Source of the DNA: Lama guanicoe
Taxonomy: Eukaryota
Direction of reading: 5' to 3'
Assembly (NCBI GenBank): GCA_013239625.1
Contig: MU053652.1
Span: forward strand, 4,579,902-4,643,901
DNA length: 64,000 nt
Shown one piece after another: positions 12,551-24,099 of this stretch. A model generated the notes under the pieces. The model searched no databases and was not told the DNA's origin. It saw nothing but the letters and a program-made list of their open reading frames with translations. Position numbers and translations under genes: made by a program. How positions within the stretch are numbered: position 1 is the stretch's first letter; every line of letters begins with the position of its first letter.

Positions 12551-13217
12551 TGGTTCTTGGGAAGTATGGGCTGGGGAACATCTCTGGGGCTCCACGCAGA
12601 CCCAGCCCAACCTCAAGGTGTTGGTGTGACCACTACTCCCCCTACCTCCACAGCTCCACCTCCCCTCCTGACTTACGGGCTGTCCACCAGGCCGGGGAGG
12701 GCCTGTCGGCTCACAATGGCAGGAATGACATCAAGGAATGTGATGGGTCACAACAGGAATGGAAAAAAAAAAAAAAAAAAAGAAGAGGCAAGGAAGGATT
12801 GGAGGTGAGCAGAGTGTTTTTCTCCCCTTTCCCACTCACTACAAACTAGCAGTAATGTAGTCTACTCCATTTTTCACTCAATCTCCCCTCACACTTGAGG
12901 AAAATGATGCTCCCAAGGTTATGTCAAGACTGCGAGCGGGTGAGCAGGCGGGAAGATCAAAGGGAGGCTCTCGGGAACCCACAGCCTTCAATCCTCCCCA
13001 CTCACAGCAAAGGAAGCCTCTTGCAAAACCTTTCTCTGTAAGTGTGAAAGGCTTGCCTAGTGTCAGGCCCTCACTGGGCCAGGGGAGCTCAGGATGGGGG
13101 CAGCAGTTCACCCCAATCCTCCCTCCCCCATTTCATGGGAGAAAATAATACCAAGCTATTGACAAAGCCAAGAGGCTTATTTATTTGGAAACTGTGAGCA
13201 AATGAGGAAATGTATTA

Positions 13218-14202
13218 CAGTGGTATGCTGGAGCACTGCAGAAAAGATCATGAGAGCTATCTAAAATTTTCAGGATTTTAAAGAATCAGTTGTTAGACAC
13301 AGCCATTATTAAACATTTAATTATAGAAACTTACAATTAAATAAGTTATACAAAAAACAAAGGTAATAAATACCCAAACTCATTACTTCTTAGTTGTCTT
13401 ACTACATTTGACATCTCTCTATTCCCTTGAGGTTGTTTGAATCTATCGCATCTACGTGGTAGAAATACTATATAATGTTGGGCTACCACTACCTCTCTCT
13501 TCTCAATGTGTACACTGGACCTTCGTGGTGGTCTGTGTCTTGACACCAGCCATGTTGGGAGTTATTTACACCATGGAAATCAGTCAATGCTACAAATTGG
13601 GCCATGATTTATTGTTATTTTGATTATCTAAAATGACAGAGAAAAAGCCAATGATGCCAATTGAGAAGTGTGTCTATAGCTGTTAGATTATGGGCACAAA
13701 AAAAATCTGAGCAAATAATCTTCCAGTATTTGAAAGGTATTATCTAAAATAGCAAAGAAGTTGCTTGTCATTAATGAACAGATAAAGTTTCAACATGAGA
13801 CTTTGTTATTTCATGTTTCCCTTAAGTTTAAATGAGCATCATTTTCCTCAAGTGTGAGGGGAGATTGAGTGAAAAATGGAGTAGACTACATTACTGCTAG
13901 TTTGTAGTAAGTGGAAAAAATCAGCCGACATTCATGTTGGAACTACACTGACTTCTCAGTTACACAGGTTAGCTAGGAATATAAAAGTCTGACAAAAAGC
14001 TATGAAAGCTTTCTGTGAGAATCAATTAGCTATCTGGAAGTTACAGTAAAGAGTATTGTACATTCTACTATTAGCTGTTAATTGTGTGCTATACATAAAG
14101 TAAATTTTAAGTAAAATTTTATAAAGTAAAATTTATTAAGGAAAAAAACATGTATACTTGTATGTTATTTATATATGTATACATATACATACTGTGTGTA
14201 TG

Positions 14203-14238
<36 letters not shown>

Positions 14239-14285
14239 ATTTCCCTAGGATAGCTAGTTGTTGAACATTTATTAGCACACCATTG
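13218..14285 (+). mobile_element. MER63-type (MER63D-like) hAT-Blackjack DNA transposon, near full length
   Basis: Terminal inverted repeats CAGTGGTATGCT...AGCACACCATTG; internal cacagccattattaaa...aaacaaaggtaataaatac; internal (CA)n at ~14206-14237. Confidence 0.75.
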
Positions 14286-14939
14286 TAGTGGCGCCAACTG
14301 CTCTTCTCCTGCTGCAATCTCCTATCCCTGGTACCAGGACAAGAAACTTTCACTTAAAGACTTCTTCAGATTGCATGAAGTTGAGGAGGGATGAGCCATT
14401 GGTTATCTTTCTCAGACTTTGGCTGAACAGCTACCAGGCTCTCTCACTTTGGTGATTATTCAAGGAGCAAGCCAAGGGGTTAAGTCAGATCTCTGGTCTT
14501 TTAAGCTCTCAGGACTCGCACTGCTGCAGTCCCCCCATGACTGGGGTTAAATCTCCTGGTGCTTCTGTTATCACTGGGAGGAAAATTTGCTTCTCATTAT
14601 TTTCCCAGAGCTGGTACATCAGAAGCAGGAGCTTCTATCTCATTAGCTTACTTCTTAAGATTTGCTTATTAGAAAATTTTTGTCTTTTTCATTGATACAA
14701 AGTCTAAAAGACCAGGAATTTAAACATTCACTCTTCAAGGTTATTACTTTTGCTTTCTTATCATAGTGCTCTCTGTTCTTGACATTTTTTTTCTCCTTTT
14801 CTTGTGGAAAAAATAGAAGGAAATTTCTCTTCCAATGTTTGTAACATAAACTAAAAATTTAAATGACACAGAGACCATCAGCATGACCCCACGTGCTAGA
14901 GCACCTCACTTGTGTAGTAAGTTCTTGTTTTAAATAAGT

Positions 14940-16218
14940 AGATTTCTAATCAGGAAACGCTAATATGACAGTCAATTCACAATTGCTTGCTTCTTGGTTT
15001 TTGCCAGAGACTTAAGGTTTTTAAAGGTTACAATTATATGTAATTAAAGCTACTAAAATAATAAGGAAAATATTTCAGTATGCTAAAAAAGTAAGATTGT
15101 GTTTTCAGTAAAAAAGTTTCACGGAAAAGAAATACAGAGAAAATAGTTTTATGCATAATTGGGATTTTAAGTATTTAACAAATTCTAGAAGTTCTTTGTA
15201 GCTCCAGCTAACTTTGAGATACCTTAAAGGAACCCTAAGGCATCTTAGATATTAAATTAACTAGCATTATTTGGTATGTGAAGTTAAATATAATCGATCA
15301 TAATTTTACTAATTGTAAACAAGTCTCTTTGTTGATTGCAGGTGTTTAACCATGCCTTTTAAGTCTTTCGTCATTACAAACAGTTGAACTGTTGCTAAAA
15401 GGTGCTTCATCTTTAGGAAGACTTTTGGGTAGTCTATGGAAACAGTGGGTTACAACAGTCCCACACAGGATGATGGCTATGCAAGGATTCCAGCCCATAC
15501 CACCCTCTGATGCAAAAACAAAAGGCTGTCCTGCCACTGGGGCACCTAGATTAGGCATTCAGAGAATTGTTTTACTCCCTGATAGGCAGGGTCAATGCCC
15601 CTGCTCAGCCCAGAAGTAGTTTCAGAAGAACTACCAACCCGTTGCCTCTCTGCACCCTGCCCCATAAGGTTATGGGAGTAAAATCTCTGAGAGGGGAATG
15701 AGACAGGAGAGAAGGGGGCATTCAAAGAATGACACAGCAATTAACACCAAAATGGTGGAAGAGTCAACTTCCACTAGACCTTGAAGCTCAAGATGGCAGG
15801 AGATTTGACTTCTAGTAGAACTTGAGCTTAATTAGAAGCTCATTGTAATACATTAGCATGATAAATAACATGCCCGTAGACGCCATGACAGTTCTAGAGC
15901 TAACCATAAAAGGTCAAAGAATGGGCAGTGGCCCAATTCCTGGGAATCCCAGCCCCTTCCCCAGGGTAGTTGGAATGGCCCTTCCACTTGTGGGCATGTG
16001 AAGCTACCAAGCTAATAAAAACTGGCAACACCACGCCTCATGGCTTCTCTTGCTCCCTCATATTCCTGCCCTGTCTATGGAGCGTGTATCTACTTCTACT
16101 TTAACCTGAGCACCCAACCCACACACCTCGTGGGCCTTCTCTTGCCTTCTGAAACAGCCTACACTCTTTGTAGTATGTATCTCTCTAAATAAATCTATCT
16201 TTATTCAAAAAAAAAAAA
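14940..16218 (+). mobile_element. ERV1-class element: 3' internal region, PPT, U3-R LTR and poly(A)
   Basis: PPT GAGAGGGGAA, then LTR start TGAGACAGG at 15699; AATAAA at 16188-16193; A12 at 16207-16218. Homologous to the reverse complement of 47580-48700. The 5' boundary is approximate. Confidence 0.8.
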
Positions 16219-18724
16219 GTAGAATATTCACTGCAACATTGGTTGAAGTGAAAAAAAACCACTGGCAATAACTCAAATGTCCATCACAGTTAAACTATGA
16301 CACAAATCCTAATCTTAACCATAACCCTAACCCATATGATGTAATATTTTGCAACCATTGAAAGAGTAAGGCAGCCTTCTATATACTGATATGGAACAAT
16401 TACCAAGGCCTCTTAAATTAAAATAAGATGAAGAACAGAATATATATAATATGCTACCACTTGGGTAAGAGGAATTTTAAAAGAATATACACATTCTTTG
16501 AATATACTTGAATATGCCCCAAAATTTCTGGGAGGATAAAAATATAGTTGCCTTAGGTGGGGTAGAGCATTGGTAATTGTGGTGAAAATGCAGATTTATT
16601 TTTCACAGTGCATGTATTTTTATGCTGTTTGAATTATTTACCATGAGCATGTATTTCCTTTTTAAATAAATTTTAAAATAAAAAGTGTTTAAAAATAAAA
16701 AGTATTAAAGAAATATCCTATATGTGGCTCTATGACTACTTACCAAGAAGCAACTATGTACAAGGTATGCCACATACTGAAAAAATCATTACTAGCTCTG
16801 AAAGTAGTCTGATCAGAGTTGCGGACATGTGGTCAGGGCTGTCTTGAACATGACTCTTTACCTCCTGAATAAAGATACATATTTGAAGAAACAAGGGTGG
16901 GACTATATTCAAATACAATAAAAAGTATAAATGACATCTATACAAAGAGTAAGAGCACTAGAAATTATAAAAAAAGTAATATTTAAAATATATATTTAAA
17001 TATACATTATATATAATTTTTTAAGGTTCTTTAAATAATTGTTTAAAAATTACAACAATGTAGCAGGTAACATCAAGTTTAGAACACATGTAGAAGTAAA
17101 ATACATGACAAGAATGTCACAGAGGATGAGAGGGGAGAAACAAAAATGTACTGTTGCACAGCTCTGACACTATACATGAATTAGTACAATACTATTTGAG
17201 CAGCTAAAAAGCAAGAAAATTATAAAAATTGAGAAACCTGTAGCTAGTGGATCTCGAAAGAAAGAAAGAAAACACAATTGCCAATCTGGAAAAGAGGAGA
17301 TATCACTACAGAGCTTGTGGATTTTAGAAGTATAATGAGGAAATAGTTTTAACAACTCAATGCCAGTAAGTTTGGCAACTTAGATGTGCTATATAAATGA
17401 CGTCACATAGAAATTACTAAAACTGCCTTAGAAAAAACTTTGACTTAAAAAAACTGATTTAGGAAAAATCAAATATATACATTCATCAAAGACACTGAAT
17501 TTATCTTACCACAAATAAAATTCTAAGCCCATATAGCTTCACTGGAAGGGTCTATCAAATATTTAAGGGATAAATAATGTCAATCTTACACAAATTCAGG
17601 AAACAGGGTAGGAAATAGTTCCCAATTTGTTTTGTAAATCCAGCATTATCAAAACCAGATAAAGACAGTGCAAGAAAAGAAAGCAACAGAACTTAGATCG
17701 ACATTACTGACGAACATAGACACAAAATTTCTTATCAACAACAATGAAAGGAGAGAGATGTTCATGGACTGGAAGATTCAATATCAAGATGACAATTCAC
17801 CCCAAAATGATCTATAGATTCAGTAAAATCCCAATCAAAATTCCAGAAGGCTTTTAAACATAGAAATTATTAAAGGGAAAGTTTGATTATAGGCTTTTAA
17901 AAATAAAATTTTGAACAAGTAACACACTTACAAGGTACAAAAATCAAAAAGTATCAGAAAGGAGATAGTGAAGTCTCCTTCCCACCCCTGTCATTGGCCC
18001 AGTTCCCATCTTTCTCCCCAAAGAAGCCACTGTTGTCATCTCTTGTTTATTCTTTTAGAGAATGTTTACACATATTTATGCCAATATAGTACATTTAACT
18101 TTTCCTATCCCCTTTTACATAAATATTCTAAGTCTTGCGAATATAATGTTCTCCAACTTCGAATTCTTCAAATCACATCAAACTATCTGCTTATATCAAT
18201 TATCTAATTCTATATTCCATAATGTTAGGCAAAAGGGAGAAAGGAGTCCAAATTGCACTCATAATATTACAATACAGAAATGCCTGATGTGTATTGACAA
18301 GGTCTAGAAGAAAACAGTAATAAAGACAGTGCTCAAGTGATGAATTATGGATTGTTAAGTTGGTATATGTTTGTCATATAAAGTAAATCAAGTTTGTTGG
18401 CATCATTGATATTCTAAGAGCAAAGCAGCATGTAAAATAAACATGGTAAGTTATAGTCATTTTGTAATTTTAATTTTGTTACAATAGGTTTTTTTAGAAA
18501 AAAAAAATCTCACATGTGCTCACATGAGAATTACCTCAGGGAAGAAAAAACTCATTATTGACATATTTTGTGGTACTGCATTTTGACCAATCCTTGAAAA
18601 AGAAAAATAAAAACCTCGATGTAGAAAAAACCTGCATACTAGGAATAGACTACCAATTAATTCAGTGATATTGTCTAAGTTACTTAGTTTTCTCCTGTTT
18701 CCTCTGTAGGAAAATGAAAAGACG

Positions 18725-19027
18725 CCATCCAGTACAGTAGCCACTAGCTGCATGTGACTTGAAATGTGGCTAATCCAAATGCAGATCTGTTATACGTGTA
18801 AAATACTCAGCAAGACAAATACACACTTAGTACAAAAATAAAAGAATGTAAAACATCTGATTAGTAACTTTTTATGTTGATTACATACTGAAATATTTTT
18901 AATATATTGGGTTAACTAAAATTTGTTTAAAATACCTTTTCCTATTCCTTTTTTCTTTTTAATGTGACCACTAGACAATTTTAAATCATATACATGGCTT
19001 GTATTATATCTTTATTGGACAGTGCTA
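18725..19027. mobile_element. MER33/MER3-type hAT-Charlie remnant
   Basis: tccagtacagtagccactagctgcatgtgact...ttttatgttgattacat...tattggacagtgct. Confidence 0.7.
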
Positions 19028-19521
19028 AACTAGATCATATCTTCCAGCCCTTAATATTCTGATACTTATCTTAAGTTTTAGGAGTGCAGCCCTTTAAACC
19101 CAGAAAGCATTACACAGCATACATTTAAAGTATTTCCTTTCCTTCTGTTCTCCTAGACGGCACTAGAGTTAAGGTTTCAAGCTAATAATTAATAGATATT
19201 ATTAAATATTTAAATATTTGCAATTTTCTAAATATGTTGTGCTTAGTCTTATTGCCATGCCCTTGCTCCAAGGCTTTCCTAACTTGACTGCCTTATCATT
19301 CTTTAAAATTCAGGTCCTCTAAGAAGCTTTTCCTTAACATCCATCTCCTGCCTATGAATAACTTTATGTATCCACTGTCCTATACACATTATTCTATAAT
19401 AGAACCATGAAACATTTTTGTTTACATGCATCCCCCTCCCCCTGCCTTCTATCTTGTGTATGTTATCTGACATAGTAATGAGATCTCAGTTGATGCCTGG
19501 CACCTAGGTGCTGTAAGCAAT

Positions 19522-19915
19522 GTATCAGTCAGGATAAGCCAAGTTATGCTGCAGTAACAACAACAGCAAAAAACCCACACCACACTAGCTTAAGACAACA
19601 AAGGTTTATTTCTCATGTACACTCCATGTTCATCAGGGCCCAGTTGAGGGCTCTGTTCCATGGCATCCTTACTCTAGAACCTAAAGGACAGTTGCATTTG
19701 GAGCATTGCTGGTCACTGTGGCACAAAGGAAAAGAGGGCTCTGGGGGTTTTTGAGCCTGTGATTAAATGCTCCAAACTAGAATTGACACAAGTCGCTTCT
19801 ACTCAAAACTCATTGGCCAGAACTAATCACATGGCCTTATCTAACCACAAGGGTGTCAGGAAGTGCAATTCTATCATGTGCTTGAAAAGCAAGGGCAAAA
19901 ATATTTAGAGAATAT
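19522..19915 (-). mobile_element. old MLT1 (MaLR) LTR
   Basis: tgtatcagtcaggataagccaagttatgctgcagtaacaa...aaaggtttatttctc...cattggccagaactaatcacatggcc. Confidence 0.7.
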
Positions 19916-20732
19916 TAATAACTGCTGCTAATGACCCTTCTATTCAATAATCTTTCAGGCTACTTTTCCTCCTGCAGTTGAAATACATTCACTATACGCT
20001 CCCCTCATCCCAGCAAAGAAACAACCCAAGAATTCCCTTCAGTCACAATGTCAAGTTCAAATTCAAGAATCTGAGTGATGCACACTAGTTCCTGTACCAG
20101 TTTCAGATGTGGCTTGAGATCGAGGGCTATAAACTAAAAAGACAAGCCATGAGCTACACATCTAATACACAATGGTGGAATAGGGGCAGGATACATGCAA
20201 TAAGGGGAGACAGGACAAACGGGAGCCACAGCAGCCTAGTGATTGTGTTCCACTAAGCAGATGTGATGAAAGCCCCTTACCCTGAGGAAAAGGAATATTT
20301 CTTGATTAGCCCCCAATTCTGCTTCTTGGGAAGGCATCCTTAGGTAATTCTTCTGTTTTAAGCTTCTAAGATTTTAGGGTTGTTGCTGCCACATAGCCTA
20401 ACCCAATTTCTCCTGACTGACATGGAGATTGGAATCTGGGGGGCTGCATATTAAAGGGAAAAAAAAAGCAAAACCCTACATGTGTAACAATAACTTACAC
20501 GGAGGGCAGTAAAGAAATGGAGGCTGGAAGGGTGGCAACCCATGTTATACAGTAGCAAAGTATTTGGTTAAACTGTTGCCTGCAGTAAGTTAGAAGACAT
20601 AGTTTAATAATCTGCCTAGTAAACCAGGAGAAACAGAGAACAGAATTTTAGCAGCAGGAATTGGATACAGTTGGTTGCTATTGACAAAACACTACAGGAT
20701 GAGCTCAGGAGAGAACTGGGATCTAGAGGAAA

Positions 20733-21246
20733 TGTTACGGAAATGACAGGCCAGCCAAGAAAGAAGCACCACTCGGAGGGTTGGAGTACTCAGATGTATT
20801 ACGCCGGCGGGCTCAGAGAGGCTTCTGCTCTGAAGCTCTGAGCACCTCCAAGACGTGCACATGAGGTTTTATAGGGTTAATTACAAGTATGGGGCTATTG
20901 GCCAATAAGTTTCAAACAACAAAAAGCAAGGAATCAGTACACTGGAGCTTATCAATTTGGAACAGATCACGTTACTGACACTTGTTGAGCTTGGATTTAC
21001 GAGTTAGCTTGTTAGCCCGGTAAACTGACACTAAACTTTAGATTTACAAGTTAGCCCGGCAGAACTTGTATCAGTAAACCAACACTTAACACACTTAGAT
21101 TTGTGACTGAGCTCGTTAGCCCAATAGACTGACACTAAACTTCAGATTTATGAGTTAGCCCAGCAGAACTCAGATCAGTAATCCGACACTTGTTACACTT
21201 AGATTTATGACTTAGCTTGTTAGCCCAGCTGGGCTTTTCCTTCACA
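20733..21246 (-). mobile_element. young solo LTR with a 104-bp tandem repeat in U3
   Basis: TG...CA ends, retained CpGs, and CCAAT plus TATAAAA on the - strand (~20866-20906). Repeat units start at 20994, 21098 and 21202. Confidence 0.75.
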
Positions 21247-21371
21247 AGACCACAGAAATCACAGGGCTTCACAGAAGCAACTGCTTCTCATCCCTAAGTG
21301 GTAATACATAAAATGGAGAAATATTTGGAGTGACAAGTCACTCCAATGACAATTCAAATTCAGTTTTGTAG

Positions 21372-21482
21372 GGAGGGTGATCAACTCCCAGTTTACCCAA
21401 AACTTCCCCAGTTTTAGCACTGTAAGTCCTGCAACCCAGGAAATCCCTCTGCCAGGCAAACAGGAACAGTTGATCACTTTAC
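21372..21482. mobile_element. MER81-like hAT-Blackjack MITE
   Basis: Inverted termini gggtgatcaact...agttgatcact; ~110 bp long. Confidence 0.6.
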
Positions 21483-22478
21483 TCATAGGAAAGATCAAAA
21501 CAGTGGTATGGCCATCACATCTTTGTTGAAACCTGAGTGGATTACATTGTTTTAGAGCAAAGACCTCATTAACATTGTGGCATCCAGTAAACCACTTCAA
21601 TTAAACTAAACTGCTTGGACTTCAGATGCAGCTCTAGAACTGAAAGATCAAAATGTTCCAAAGTAGTTGGAGAGGCATAAGAAGGAGAAAACTATACTAA
21701 AATTAAAAAAAAAAAAAGTCTAGAAGAGGGCAGCTACTGGTACATGAAATCACCTGAAATTAGAGCTAAAAAGCCAACTCTATTTTTGAGAGCACTCTGC
21801 TAACAAGACCAGTCACATAAGCCCAGCCAACCGCGGAAGACCAGGGAGTACAATCTGACCAGGTGCCCATAGGGTGGGAAGCTGGAACTACCTGACAGCA
21901 CTAATGACCACCACAGTGCAATAAATAAGAGTGATGTCCAAACCACTGGTTTCTAGGGTAGTGGCATTTAAGTTTAAGGACACTCAGGAAGAAAAACTGG
22001 TTTAGCAGAGGACACCAGGCACCATTCTTACCCTTTAGCAAAAGTAAATCAAGCTCACCATATGTGAAATGATGTGCACACTAAGACATGTGAATTCCCA
22101 CAGGCAGAGGAGTGAATGTGCTTCAGCATGGGATGGGGATGGATGAGGGGCAGATTCAAGAAGAAAAAAAAACCCCAAAAAACCCCTCCAATTCTGTGTT
22201 AAGGCCAAGCTGCTTCAACATGGGAGAGCAGAAAAGATTCTCTGTGAGGTACACACATTTCAGTGGCTGAGGAGGGCACACACAGGGCAGAGGAGGCAAG
22301 TGTCTCTGCCTTCAGGTTCAGAGGTTTATTTACCTTATGTCTTAAAAGTGTTTTCGGTACCTTCCCTCTCCAAAGTTTTAAGATGTGAAATCTTAGATCT
22401 GCAAATTAAGACTCTTCCCTACCACCAACTTCAAGGGCAGAAGTAGTCAACAAGACCTAACAGAAATACATATTCAAC

Positions 22479-22484
22479 TTTATT
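22479..22484 (-). terminator. candidate HILPDA poly(A) signal
   Basis: AATAAA on the - strand followed by a GT/T-rich tract (TGTATTTCTGTTAGGTCTTGTTG). A second AATAAA lies at 22330-22325. Confidence 0.6.
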
Positions 22485-23106
22485 TCATTAGAAAAATTCA
22501 TTGAAGCCACATGGTGGCCATAATGCCCATGTCCTGAGCAGGCCTTGTCATCCCACTGCCCACTTCAGGCCAATACACACACACATACATACTGTGTTGG
22601 AGGAAGGGCTTAAAATATAAAACAATGAGAAACGGACACTGAACACTCCACCTCCCCCGTGCCTACAGCCAACCCACACACCTCAACTGTCATCTGCACA
22701 CAGAGGAGCTCTTGAGGAAGAGGAGCTGAACACCAGATAAACTGACCATGAGACACTCAAGTCCAAAGGAACTCTTGGCAGATGCTTAGAAAGTAGGGTT
22801 GAAAATAAACACCATCTTCCAACAGCTGAAGTTGCAGCACAAGCTCTCATCTAAGAGGTGTCACAGGCACACTGCCAAGGACCACAAACTCTGGGGAGAC
22901 AAGTGAGATCACTCCATTCCACAGCCATAGGCAACCCACTCACATCTATGTATTAAATAGGCTCTTTTCCCAGAGGAAGGAATATCCAGATGGAGAGGCC
23001 CTTCAAGGGCCTACTAACAGTTACTTCTCTGATAACACTGGTGCTGAGCTTGCCTGCCCAGGAACTGGGACAGCGGTCTGGATTCCTTTAGATCAGTGTT
23101 CCAAGG

Positions 23107-23322
23107 TTACAGCCGGTGGAGGGAGGTCTCATCACATCCCTCTGGATGGATGTTCTGGAAGGCGCTTGGAGGCTCTGTGTTGGCTATTCGACCTCTGGTG
23201 GTGCTAGGGCTCCCAGGCAATGGGCTCCCCAGTAAGCCCCCCAGGGATTCTATCAGTCTAACGAAGATGGAGAGCAGGGTCAGCGCCACACCTAAGAGAT
23301 AGAGGTTCAACATATGCTTCAT
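23107..23322 (-). CDS. HILPDA: HILPDA (HIG2), hypoxia-inducible lipid droplet-associated protein; 71 aa here with a frameshifted C-terminus
   Basis: MKHMLNLYLLGVALTLLSIFVRLIESLGGLL... is the characteristic HILPDA hydrophobic N-terminus. Exon 2 acceptor CTAAC...CTCTCTTTTCTCAG| lies at 23391/23390. Confidence 0.95.
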   Translation of the reverse strand: MKHMLNLYLLGVALTLLSIFVRLIESLGGLLGSPLPGSPSTTRGRIANTEPPSAFQNIHPEGCDETSLHRL

Positions 23323-24099
23323 GATTGAAAGGACCTCACTTCTTTGTAGAGCAGTGGAGCTACCTTCTGCTTCTGGAAGGCCTTTGGATCCTGAGAAAAG
23401 AGAGGCAAGGTTAGTCTCCAGCCTTCTGGGACGTGGATGACTCTGGCCCTGACCCAGCAGCTAAGGGAGTGGCTCAGACAGCCAGGGAGGCAGGGACCAA
23501 CGGATGTTCTATCACAGCAGAATATGTAAGTATATTTACATTGTAAACTCCATGGCTGTGGAACTAGTCTAGCTTCTAGGACTAATTCAAGAGCACGCCC
23601 TAAAACTTTTCTCTTAAAATAAAAACATTTATTTCTCTTGCTAGGTATGCACAATCCCTGTGCCACAGTCCAGGGACCAGAAACCTTCCTAAAGTAAAAA
23701 CTCAATCCTTTTGTGGGGATGTGGTGGGTAGGGAGTAAGAATGTAAGAACATGTCCTGGAGACAGCAAAAGCAACCTGCTTAGAAGTCTCCCTCACATCT
23801 CAGTCAAACTGGAGTTAATCATAAAAATTTTTAAAGTCAAAATAACTCTAAGGGAGTCAAATCTACCGAGTTCACTTGTTTAACAAGTACACCTTGAATA
23901 CCCACAATGTGTCAGGCACCCTGGAAGGTACTAAGGGCACCCGAGGCCATCAAGACAGAACCCTGGCCCTCATAGACAAGAAAACTGGCAGTTTCTACAA
24001 ACACACGAAGGGCTGTGACAGGAAGGAGATGCTAAGAGTGCTCTGGGTGGTATGGCATGGGCGCCTAACCCAACCCTGGTAAGCATGGGATAGGCCACG

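Noticed and set aside
12913..13833. Inversion between the 81-bp inverted repeats
   Set aside because: The MER63-type element spans the right-hand copy with both termini in the normal arrangement, which favours an insertion.
20994..21228. Repeat-spacer-like periodicity suggestive of CRISPR
   Set aside because: Whole 104-bp units are duplicated, without unique spacers, inside a mammalian LTR.
23319..23774. 151-aa ORF upstream of the HILPDA ATG
   Set aside because: It is mostly intron 1, runs through the splice acceptor and is out of frame with the CDS.
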